Below, one piece after another: positions 10,423 to 22,300 of a stretch of DNA of 64,000 nucleotides. The position numbers and the translations under genes are program-made. The notes beneath the pieces are model-generated. The model was given only the letters and a program-made list of their open reading frames with translations. It was not told the DNA's origin and made no database searches. Position 1 is the first letter of the stretch, and each line of letters opens with the position of its first letter. Origin of the DNA: Macrostomum lignano (lineage: Eukaryota); contig NIVC01000697.1 of NCBI GenBank assembly GCA_002269645.1, forward strand, positions 186,001-250,000, written 5' to 3'.

Positions 10423-13047
10423 AAGCGTTGCTGCCCAATGTCCCTCCCATAGACAATCAAAGCCAGTGAATCATGTTGATTGCGCCTGGCTCATTCTTGT
10501 TCGTTTGCCATTAGTAATTATTAACTATGATTGTGATTAATACATGTTGGCGTACTTTTTACTCGCATCGTTTCGCAGTCGATTTGCTCGCTCGTTCCTA
10601 ATCCCTCCAGCCACGCCTTCCATCGGCCTTTGTACGTTGACGCCCCCCTCTCTCTCTTGCATTTTCTGGCCTCCCGTGCACCGCACAGCCGCAGAGACTA
10701 AAAGACTCGGCCGCGCTCTGAGCTGGCACATTGTCCACTCTTAATGGCCACCATCCATTTCGTTAATTGCTTGACAGTCTCTGGCCAAGTCTGTAGTCCT
10801 CTTCCCCCGGCAATACAAGATTGCTTGGAATTCGTCCTTATGAAGTTTTTGCGCAATTCATATATCATTTTATTGCTTGTTATTAACATTGTGGACTAGC
10901 TACCAGATTTATTAAATATTATGCATTGATCGTATGTGTCTATTGTAGCGCTACGCCTGTTGAATTGTGTGCACTCAGTTTTAAAAAATCACGACCGTTC
11001 ACTTCGACTCAAAGCTTACATGTATACAGCTGGCAGCTCGAGCGGGTTGCCATACGAGTACGCGTAGGCGTGTCCTGCCGATTCCACCGTTCCGTGGCTG
11101 CTTGCCAAATAGATAAAATATACATATGCAAAACACAGAAAGGATGCGAGTTAGTCGAACAGAACGGCGGGTGCATGGAACGGCGATGCCAACTTCCTTA
11201 GATACATCCTCTCTTCTCTGCTCTCCATCCTATTCTGAATATCGTGTCAAATGTCAATGACGAGCCGACTGTAATTTCGCACAGAACCCGCGCTGCTAAG
11301 AATGCTGTTTAATTCTATTTAAGCTTTTATTGTTAATTAAATTGCTTCTGTGCGTGCGTTAAGTGCAAAATTGGCCCAAACGCAGTCTTTGTTCGTCTTT
11401 CTGTTCCTGTCCTAATATTATTTTTATTGTGTCCCGAACAGGGGCGTCCAACAAGTTTCTGCGCTTTTTCTTCATTCTTTTGCTGATCTAGAAATTTTGA
11501 GTACGCGTTGTTCTAGCAAAACAATTATATTTTGTTTATAACGGGGATGCAATATATGAAACCAACTTGTACAATACTGTTGTACACTGCTCGCTGAAAA
11601 CAAAAATACAGGCGTGAATTTGGGGGGGGGGGGCATCGGTTAAGTTTACTTGCCAGCGAGTCGAAATTTTAAAAACAATCTTTATATCTTATTCATTATT
11701 TTACAAAAGACATATCCTTTGATACAGTTTATCCCATTGCCTATTTATAATTATCGAATTATAATAAAGGAACTCTGTAATAGGGAGTGAGTTGCAGCCG
11801 GTGGACATCTCCGTGACAGTTTTTATTTCTTTTAAAGACCCTGAGCTTCTTGTAGATAGCTACTCTGAAATCCCTTTCGAAGACTCTGACATCTCTCAGT
11901 TCTTAAGGTCCCCGAGACTCACGCCATAGACTACTTATAGTGAACTGCATGTGTAGACATTAAAAGATCCAAGAAACTCGGCATCGGAATAGGTTTTAAC
12001 CGTAATATACTCGTAATTGATTTAATGAAGGCAATCGAAGGTAGGTAACAATGATTTACATGTGTATATTACTAAAGATGCTGGAAAAAGCGTGCCGTTT
12101 TTGGCAGGTGTTGAGTGTACATTCAAATAACTGAAATAGCCGTAGCGCAATCCAGCCACAACTGATGCTCGCACAAGGGCGGGCGCTAAAGGAAGTGAAG
12201 GCCTCGAGTAGTCTTGCTTTCTTAATTAAAAAGTGTGCATTTCTCACCTGGTGAGATTCGACGCAATTTGCTTTGATACATCCGTTCGTGCATTGCACAC
12301 CTAACACGAATGCCGCAGTCCATCCATCTCTGTCTCTCTATATCTGTTCCAGCATCTTCCTTTCGCGGCCGCATTAAGTCCAGAGAATCTGCATACCTTC
12401 ATCGCCGTGCATAAGAGCGAAATCTATTTTGTTGTGTTTCGAGTTTTTCTATGAAGACAAAGGAATGTACGCGAGAGCAAAGCTATTGACTTGGGAGGCA
12501 CCTACATGCATGCGGTGTGGGCCCGACTGTCCCAGCCAGTCTAGAAATTATGATGCCATACCAAAACCATAATACAACAATAATTACCTGCTGCAAAGAA
12601 AAGTAAAGGTGTTATCTTGGTCTCAAGTGGGCACTGTCCCAGACTCCGAACGAATACACGTCTCGTCTAAGGTGGCCGCTCATAAAAGTGAATGCGATAA
12701 ACTCAACAATAAAGAAAGCTTTATTTGATTATTGCTGCGCTCTATTCTTGCAGCTGCTTTTACTTTTTCGTACCACGCGACTATAGTGGACTATAGAAGT
12801 CTCTGAATGTATCATTTTTCTCCTGGTTTCTCATTTCACTGTTTTTAGTGTTTAAAGCTTTTTGTAAAGAGTAAAAATGGCTTAGATTTGCTAAAATGTT
12901 TACTTGACAGTAATACTTATGGAAATGAAACAATTTTTCTTTACTTAACGAAAATCTATGCATTCACCTGTATGTAAAACTTAAGAAATTACATGTGCAA
13001 TAAGAAATTACAATAGGCGTACAAAAGCTTAATACGCATGAATTTGG

Positions 13048-13888
13048 TACATACATACATACATACATACATACATACATACATACATACATACATACAT
13101 ACATACATACATACATACATACATACATACATACATACATACATACATACATACATACATACATACATACATACATACATCCATACATACATACATACAT
13201 ACATACATACATACATACATACATACATACATACATACATACATACATACATACATACATACATACATACATACATACATACATACATACATACATACAT
13301 ACATACATACATACATACATACATACATACATACATACATACATACATACATACATACATACATACATACATACATACATACATACATACATACATACAT
13401 ACATACATACATACATACATACATACATACATACATACATACATACATACATACATACATACATACATACATACATACATACATACATACATACATACAT
13501 ACATACATACATACATACATACATACATACATACATACATACATACATACATACATACATACATACATACATACATACATACATACATACATACATACAT
13601 ACATACATACATACATACATACATACATACATACATACATACATACATACATACATACATACATACATACATACATACATACATACATACATACATACAT
13701 ACATACATACATACATACATACATACATACATACATACATACATACATACATACATACATACATACATACATACATACATACATACATACATACATACAT
13801 ACATACATACATACATACATACATACATACACACATACACACACACATACATACATACATACATACACACATACATACATACATACAT
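13048..13888. repeat. (TACA)n tetranucleotide microsatellite, about 840 bp
   Basis: Near-perfect array; source of the MYVC/HTYI ORFs. Confidence 0.98.
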
Positions 13889-13903
13889 AATTATAATTGA
13901 TTA

Positions 13904-14109
13904 CCCTAATGGGCAGATGTGCAACCGACAGCTCAGCCGCAGCTATTGCGCGGCACATCTGAAGGCTGCATACGGCTGCTCAGTCCAAGGACTGGGGGGT
14001 CGCCACACACACCCTCAATTACCCCAGCTAATGCTGGCACCCATTTTACAGCTGGGTGAACTGAATCAATGCAGAGTTAAGCGTCTTGCTCAAGGACACA
14101 AATTGTTCC
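13904..14109 (-). mobile_element. CORE-type SINE, 5'-truncated copy (same family as 21970-22280)
   Basis: About 200 bp, highly similar to 22001-22207; lacks the tRNA head. Confidence 0.8.
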
Positions 14110-15526
14110 AGTGGGATATATATACTTACATACACCCATCCATACTTACTTACTTACTTACATACATACATATTTACATACATACTGTACAAAATTCATG
14201 CCAATTTCACTGCTGTAACTATTTATTGAACTTGACTTGATTTGATTTGACTTGTCAATGATCGACAGTTTACAAGCATGTAAACTGAGCAAAAGTACTG
14301 AACAACCAACAGGATACTCGTACAAGATTTAAAGGAAATGTTGCTGTATCTTTGAGTAAATTAACGAACAGAAACTCCCTTCTTTCCCTATGATTCCCGC
14401 TCCCCCGTGATGACTCATTTGGATGTGCATGACTCACATTTATCGCCCAAAAACTCCCCCAACCCTCCAACCCCTTCTTTCTATATTGTTCGAAATCATT
14501 CATGGGTGGGACATTTTTATGACCCCCTAATCTTCTCAAGTTTTCCCTGCCTGTTATGTAATCCCCATCATAATTCATTCTTCTCTGCTACGCCCCATCC
14601 CGATTTCTCGTCCAATCACAGCGCGGCTGACGGGTGACGTTATCAGGTTTTCTTGGTAACGGAGGCCAAGGACAAGTCACGGCCTTGAATATCACGCATC
14701 ACACAGCTCACGAGACTGTTCTGAGCCCTGAGCCGCTACCCTTACCCTTCCACTTTCCCAACCATTTGCTCCCCTTCCCATTTTTGGTCCTGAGCTGTAA
14801 CCACGTGCTGAGCTGTAACTTCCCTTGACTCTAACCTCCTGCTGTGTCTCGTCCGTGACTGCAGCCGCCGCCCTGACCATCCGACGACCACCGTGCCAAG
14901 CAGCTCTACCCGTCGGCCGCGTCTGTAAGGCATTTCTTTCTCTGTTGCGCTGCCCTTGGGTAATAGTCAGCCCGGTCTCCCCCCCCCATTGCTCATCATT
15001 GCCTAATTTTGAATCTTAACTTATTAATTCAGTTTTAATAATTAACCGAGCGGTTAAGGACAAGTTTAGGGCCAGTAATTCAGGGCATTAGCTATCTAAC
15101 TCGTTTGCTTCTGTCTGATTACTTATTTACGAGCGTACTATGAAATGTGGTATGAAATGTGAGTAGTGAGTGCGCCGGTCGCAGGGCATTGAATAGAAGC
15201 TGAGCATCAGGGCGGAAGATCACCGAGTATGAGCCGAATTTAATCAAATAATCATAGCAGTAACAATATAGTAGCTCTAGGACCTGTACATTCCCATCCC
15301 CTGCTGCATCTCACCCATCTAGGAGGGAAAACATAAAGATGACGTTATCTCAAAGATCCCCCTATGCAAAAGTCCTCATTTTCAGCAGACTAGACGTACT
15401 GTCCTTGTATGACTTGTAAAGAGTACCTTAACTGGCCATTTCTAGTACAGTTGGGGTCACCTTGGTCTGTTACTGACCGGGAGTCCCGTATCGTTATATA
15501 GTGGGAGTTTTTACCAGGTGTTACTC

Positions 15527-15587
15527 CAGGGACCACTAGCAGTGTATATACTGCTATACGGCTAGATCGATCTGCTAGTGATCCTTG
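15527..15587. mobile_element. 61-bp miniature inverted-repeat element
   Basis: TIRs CAGGGACCACTAGCAG / CTGCTAGTGATCCTTG. Flanked by TTACTC on both sides (15521-15526, 15588-15593). A related element lies at 47301-47343. Confidence 0.55.
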
Positions 15588-15589
15588 TT

Positions 15590-15675
15590 ACTCCTGTACA
15601 GGTGACTGCGATGGAGGCGCGTCCTGTACAGGTGACTGCGATGGAGGCGCGTCCTGTACAGGTGACTGCGATGGC
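15590..15675. repeat. 30-bp tandem repeat x3 (TCCTGTACAGGTGACTGCGATGGAGGCGCG)
   Basis: Visible triplication. Confidence 0.9.
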
Positions 15676-17136
15676 GGCCGCGCCTCTGTTTATGCCTCTA
15701 AACAACTCGGGCTCGCAGTCTAGATAACGGGATCTTGGCCGCAACGTCAGCTACCGCACCACCCAGAGGCGGACAAAGTCTAGGGAACGAAGCCTGGTAA
15801 ACCTTTCAGCGCCAGAGCCCAGGGGTTGCACAGGTGTTTTCATGCAGCCTGCAGGTTAATCGTACAGCTCTAGTAAAAGCATCAGTACATGTAGTAACAG
15901 TTACAATTATCAATCTGTTAGTTATCTTACCATTTGGTCATCTTAGGTTACTATAAAACCCCCACCTTAATTTGGTCACTTCGCCATCTCCACCAAAAGG
16001 ACGACTCATAGCTATGCAATAAGCGATCATTTCATCATCTCATGAAATCAGGTCAATGGAAGTTGTAAAAAATCACCAGAGTTTTAGCCACATCGTAGAT
16101 TAAAACTCAATTTTATACACTATAGAAAAATAAAAGAAACTTTTTTCGACTCAAGGAACATGAAATCTGGTTGCTATATAGCTATGTGGAAAACTGATTT
16201 AAAACTCAAAACTGAAGGGCAGACGAAAGTGCATTCGAGTCTTCAGTCTCATCTGTTTCACTGTTTAGTTGTTTCACCAACCTCCAGCATTCAGTTGACA
16301 AATTGCAATTGGTTACTGCACCATATTTCTACAAGGCCAGTTCAAAACGAAGATGATGATACGAACCGAAACCGCAACTCTTTACGGTTTTATTGGGTTT
16401 TCGTGGAAAGGAAATCAGGATGTAAGTTAGGCAATCTGAAGGCGAATGAAATACAGTAATCTTAAAAGTTCCTATTAAATTCAATAAGTCTGATTATATT
16501 TTGATAGATTATCTTACTACCTGATCAGCTAGTAGTTGTTTTATTATCTTTACCTTTACCTGGCACCGTACGAGAGCATTTAGGTTTCTATGAAATTGCT
16601 CAAGAAAGAGAAGTGACAGCGGCTATATTCTTGAATTTAGCAGTGGCGGCTGGGTTTTTTAAGGTTGGAAATTTAGTTGCCAGCTGGCCCTTGGGGCTCA
16701 AAATCCAGTTGCCAATGGCTATTTTTGGTTGCCCATTGGCAACTAGCCACATTCTTGAGGATAGATATTTCCGAGGCTCATTAAACATGTATGCACTGTA
16801 TGACTATGGCCTATGGGAATGAGACTGTCTGGGACTTGTTATTGACATTGTCAATTTTTGTTTTTGCAACTTAGTATTTGCCACAACTTAGATTCATATG
16901 GCACTTTTATTACACTTGGAAAATCATTTTCTGAAAGTGGCAACTGGCACAAGGAAATGAAGTTGCTAGATTGGCCTCTGATGCCAAAAATCCAGTTGCC
17001 AATGTGATTTTCAAGGGGCCAAAAAACCATATATGGCCCAAAAAATAAACCTAGAGTGGCGGATCCAGGATTTTTAAAGTGAGGGGGGGTGGATTGGCCT
17101 AAATGTTTGGGTTGGCCCAAAATAATTGTCCCACTC

Positions 17137-17137
17137 T

Positions 17138-17214
<77 letters not shown>

Positions 17215-17222
17215 CCTCTCTC
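17137..17222. repeat. (CT)n microsatellite
   Basis: Visible. Confidence 0.95.
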
Positions 17223-18123
17223 CCCTCATTTCAACTCTGTGAGCGCTCCAGAGCCTCCATCGGACTGTAAAATCTATTGTTAATTTATATATATTTCTGA
17301 CTTTTATCAACCCATTCTTATTCTTAGTCTTAATTGTTAAATATTAATGAACAAATAAATTGTTACTAATTTTAAGAGCCTGATCATGCCTGACACAAGG
17401 CGAAACATGTTGCATAAAAAATGATAGCGCTCACCTTCTTAATTCTAGATATAATAGAGATTTAATGTTGTAGCTGTGGCTATCTTGGTGTGTGGCCATC
17501 TTGGTCTTATACCAATTCTAGGTTGCTATTTAGGCCCTTCAATGCCCTCTTAAGCTTTAAAGCCATTCATTTTTTTCAAATGTCTAAGTAGTAGCACTTT
17601 AATAGTTGGCTAGGCCTAACTTTTATTTAAGGATAAGCCTTTAGGAGTAGGCAGCCTTAGCCTATAAGTCTATATATACAATCTCTTAGTTTAGACCATA
17701 CTACATTAAATTATTTTTCAGTTTTTTTCATACAGATAATTGAACACAAATAGAATACAAGTAGCAGGCTTATTATAAATGTTAGGTAAGTATCAGATCA
17801 GTTAATAATATTAAAAATAATGAGCTATCTAATATAAGTTTCCAAAGACCTTTCCTAGAAACAGGTGGCACTACGAGTATTAGGCTCGTGCAGTTCTAAA
17901 CACATCTTCTAAACTTGGTTCCTGTACTATAGGTTGATGTCAATATGAATAGGCTTGGTGGTTGGCCTCATATTAGCTTTAAAGACAATTATAGTTGCTG
18001 TTCTAGGCCCTAGGTTCCAACTATTGCAGCATTGCCAAATTAGCTGAAGCCTAAAAAGTTATAAAAACTAGAAATAATTTAATGCAATAAGCTAAAAGAT
18101 TGGCAGCTATATAAAATATATAA

Positions 18124-18389
18124 AACAACAACAACAACAACAAAATATGCAACCTTGCATGCACAGTCACAGTTAGAGCAAGGCGCATCAGTTGGCATAC
18201 TGCAGAGCCTGAGAGCGAACAAAGTCCATTTCATTAGTAGTGTCAGGCACCCCAGCATCACACAGCAGGCAGTCCACATATAAATGGGTTTGGGCCTGAC
18301 CCTGCCTGAATAGACCCTGCAAGGTGAGCGGCAGGACATCCTGAATAGGTTAGGGGTAGTAGCCCTTGGCCTGGATCATGTGGCCAGCA
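18124..18389 (-). mobile_element. Decayed 3' fragment of an RTE-like non-LTR retrotransposon with a (TTG)n tail
   Basis: The minus strand reads AGHMIQAKGYYP*PIQDVLPLTLQGLFRQGQAQTHLYVDCLLCDAG...*. This resembles the RTE ORF2 C-terminus (AGH..R...P..G.R.RG...Y.D....D.G), followed by a short UTR and (TTG)6. Confidence 0.55.
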
Positions 18390-19343
18390 TAAAAAACTGT
18401 TAATTAAAAAATTAGTTAGACCATACTATAGTATTGGTTACAAGTTATAATAAGTTACAATAGGATATTTTTGTATTTAAAATTTTATCTCATTATATTA
18501 AATATATATTTTTCTAATGGAGCTATTTATATATTAAATATATGCCTATTAATAAGCAAAAAAATGAAAAGATTAAAAACTAAAAACATTTAGTTTTATA
18601 GTTTAAACTTCTTTAATACTTTATACCAAATTATAGTTTTGTTTGATATAATGTGGAGTTTTATAATAAGCAATTAAAGTCTACAAATTTTAAACCCATT
18701 GAGTTTTAATCCTTGAAATTACTTTTGCCTATACTTTTAAATCTGAAGTCATACTAAAACAAAATTGCTTTAAGCATAGAAATTGTTAATCTATAGGTAT
18801 AATATTATATAAGTAAGTAAAATATAATTCAACAAATTATTTATAGGAATTAAAGTAAGAAATTGCATATAAAAGCTTATCAATAAAAATCAATAAAAAA
18901 ATATAATATTTTGTGTAAGTCTTTCCTGCCTATAAATTGCAAGTCTCTAAATTCTAGGTTAATAGATGACTCAAATTTGACAATTGATAGGCTTATATTC
19001 CAAAGTTATCTTCATGATTCATGACAGTTTTGAGGTTTGCTAGCATAATATTGACATATTTCAACTTGCTTGCAGCCTTACTTTGCAACTTAAAATGAGA
19101 ATAAATGGCGTCTAGACAAAACAGTTTGCCAATTTAGCATCTAAGGTTCAACTTCAGAATGCTAAGATTAAAGTTGATGTGGCATGACACAAAGAAGCCA
19201 ACAGAAAGGCATGTTAGTCCTTAGTTAGCTTAGCACTCTAACACCATAGTAATGTTTCACTATATTATCATTACTATGGTAAATCAAGCAGATTTGATTG
19301 ATCTATTGCGATTTCTTCGCATGCATACCAGCACAGCTGCACA

Positions 19344-22300
19344 ATGTCTAACACTGCTATAAATCGTCGATCAGAGAAGCAAAAGATTGGCCACAGGCGA
19401 GTGGACGACGATGGCCAGGTCACTTATAAGAAGGTATGCTGCTCATTGCATTTCATCACTGTGGGAATTGGCTTGTCGGACTCCATGTTAGTAAACTCAT
19501 CCCTTATTTTAGAGAGTTATAACTACCCACCATACAATGCACCGTTCCCCAGTATCTCACTTTAGTTAGTGCCCCTGGCGCACTTTAAGCGACATTGTCA
19601 AGAGGCATTACTGCCCATTCCGCCGACTCCCCTGAGCAGGCACACACTCACACAGGAGTGTAAAGCGGCCCTAACTTTATTTATCGTTAGGCATGTACAC
19701 TTCACTGTGCCCTGGGGGTTGGCCCTCAAGGCCGTTAATTTCACGAGCAGAGACAAGCTGAGATTCCAGTTTAGTTCCAAATTAATGTGACTGCACTTGG
19801 AATCGAGCCTGGGCCGCTGGCCCAGCAGAGCGCCCCACACACTGGGCTACGGCCCCAGTCTTACTTAAATCCTAATGGCCGCAGACTTGTCCTACATAAT
19901 AAATCGAAGTATTTTATCAGTCTATAACTGAATAATTTTCTATCCACAGAGACCAACAAACGAGATAATGCTGGCTATTCAGTTGGGCATACAGAATTCT
20001 GTTGGCAATGAAACGCAGCGGCCGTATCGCGATCTGTTAACGCAAGATTTTGGCGTCTTGGAGATTGTCGACTTTCCCAGGTATGAAGTGGAATTCATTT
20101 TTGTTTTGGTGGGGCGCCACTGTCTTGTTAGGGCGCCACTGTCTCTTGATGGGGCGCCACTGTCTCTTGATGGGGCGCCACTGTCTCTTGGTGGGGCGCC
20201 ACTGTCTCTTGTTGGGGCGCCACTGTCTCTTGGTGGGGCGCCACTGTCTCTTGGTGGGGCGCCACTGTCTCTTGTTGGGGCGCCACTGTCTCTTGGTGGG
20301 GCGCCACTGTCTCTTGTTAGGGGCGCCACTGTCTCTTTGTTAGGGGCGCAACTGTCTCTTGTTAGGGCGCCACTGTCTCTTGTTAGGGGCGCCACTGTCT
20401 CTTGTTAGGGCGCCACTGTCTCTTGTTAGGGGCGCCACTGTCTCTTGTTAGGGCGCCACTGTCTCTTGTTAGGGGCGCCACTGTCTCTTGTTAGGGGCGC
20501 CACTGTCTCTTGTTAGGGGCGCCACTGTCTCTTGGTGGGGCGCCACTGTCTCTTGGTGGGGCGCCACTGTCTCTTGTTGGGGCGCCACTGTCTCTTGGTG
20601 GGGCGCCACTGTCTCTTGTTAGGGGCGCCACTGTCTCTTTGTTAGGGGCGCAACTGTCTCTTGTTAGGGCGCCACTGTCTCTTGTTAGGGGCGCCACTGT
20701 CTCTTGTTAGGGCGCCACTGTCTCTTGTTAGGGGCGCCACTGTCTCTTGTTAGGGCGCCACTGTCTCTTGTTAGGGGCGCCACTGTCTCTTGTTAGGGGC
20801 GCCACTGTCTCTTGGTGGGGCGCCACTGTCTCTTGTTAGGGGCGCCACTGTCTCTTGTTGGGGCGCCACTGTCTCTTGTTAGGGCGCCACTGTCTCTTGT
20901 TAGGGGCGCCACTGTCTCTTGTTGGGGGCGTCACTGTCTCTTGTTGGGGCGCCACTGTCTCTTGTTAGGGGCGCCACTGTCTCTTGTTGGGGCGCCACTG
21001 TCTCTTGTTAGGGCGCCACTGTCTCTTGTTGGGGCGCCACTGTCTCTTGTTAGGGCGCCCTGCTCATTGGTAAGCATGGCATACTGTCGCCACCTTGCTC
21101 ACGTAGAGTCCAACCCAATAAGGAAATAAGTACGAGTACTATTAGTCCTATAGCACTAGCGATGACTTTATAGTGTTCAAGCGCTTTCCAGTTTCCCATA
21201 TGCTAACTTCTAGCATTTTACTGTTTCTTCATCTCTTTTCACCCTGTCAGTTCAGCTACATTGTCGGATATCCGAGAGTTGCAGTCTCCCTGTCTCTCAC
21301 CCTGCCTTACGTGTATGCATGCGATTCTACTTCCTAGTCGTACCGTACTAACTACAGCCCCGCCCATGTCTAGTACGTCAATCAACTCTTACTAATCTGC
21401 TGTTGTAAGGGCTTTATATGCAGTGTAATAAGTTTCTCCGTCTCTTATCTCTCCATAGTATAATCCTGTAGCCTTGCCGTCTGCTATTTTCTCTATATAA
21501 AGACTTTTGTGCTGAGCCTAGTTTCTTGTACACTTTGCTCAAAATCATTTGCGAGAGAGAGAGAGAAGCTGAGAGATGAAGCCTTGTGCCTTTCCCTTCA
21601 GCTAGGGCAATTTTCAGAGATTAGCGGCGCAGAGAATTCTAACTACATATTTGCTAGTTGTCGATTTTCAGACTTTACTAGTAGTAGTACTAAAATCGAA
21701 AAATCTGCTAGCTTTATAGGCTAAGATTTTGGTTTGCTGTGCCTTTCTGTGGTTTCTTAGAAAGTCGAGGGGGGGGGGGTAACAAATCAAGAGTTGCCGA
21801 CTAGGTCTAATCTGAACCGTCGCTAAATTATCTCAGCAGGTAAATGCGTCCTGATTCTCTTGCAAAAGGCTTACGGGTTTTTTTCTTCACGAGGGCCAAA
21901 CCTCAAGGCACAGAGAGTGCATATACATGTCTGACAATGAGAAGTGGCTGTGTCCAAAGTGACTTTACCTAATAATAATAATATAACTGAATACACCTGC
22001 CCTAATGGGCAGATGCGCAACCGACAGCTCAGCCGCAGCTATTGCGCGGCGCATCTGAAGGCTGCGTACGGCTGTTCAGTCCAAGGACTGGGTGGGGAGA
22101 GCCACACACACCCTCAATTACCCCAGCTAATGCTGGCACCCATTTTACAGCTAGGTGAACTGAAGCAATGCAGAGTTAGATTTCTTGCTCAAGGACACAC
22201 ATTGTTCCGATTGGGTCGAGAATCGAACCCCCGACCTTTCAGTCGTGAGTCCGACGCTCTAACCACTAGGCTACAGCCACGAGACTTTAACTACAGTTAT

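Noticed and set aside
12964-14240. 300-400-aa ORFs (MYVC / HTYI repeats)
   Set aside because: Translations of the stop-free (TACA)n microsatellite. The same applies to the ORFs at 332-740, 1245-1730, 19979-21129, 38304-39050, 43264-43772, 47520-48644, 52694-54061, 55940-57232 and 59649-60653.
14400-15060. LTR-like or first-exon-like block (CCAAT, TGACGT, CT|GTAAGG donor-like site)
   Set aside because: There is no partner repeat, TSD or defined ends, and it cannot be tied to PIP5K without transcript data.
17461-18120. RIP-like TpA hypermutation
   Set aside because: TpA/ApT is high in one 120-bp stretch but only about 1.2 nearby, similar to about 1.1 in a control AT-rich stretch (34621-34860). 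Only the CpG loss is clearly distinctive.
22205-22280. tRNA genes (also 19790-19856, 41560-41617, 35040-35110)
   Set aside because: A and B boxes are present, but there is no complete cloverleaf or acceptor stem and they run straight into SINE bodies.
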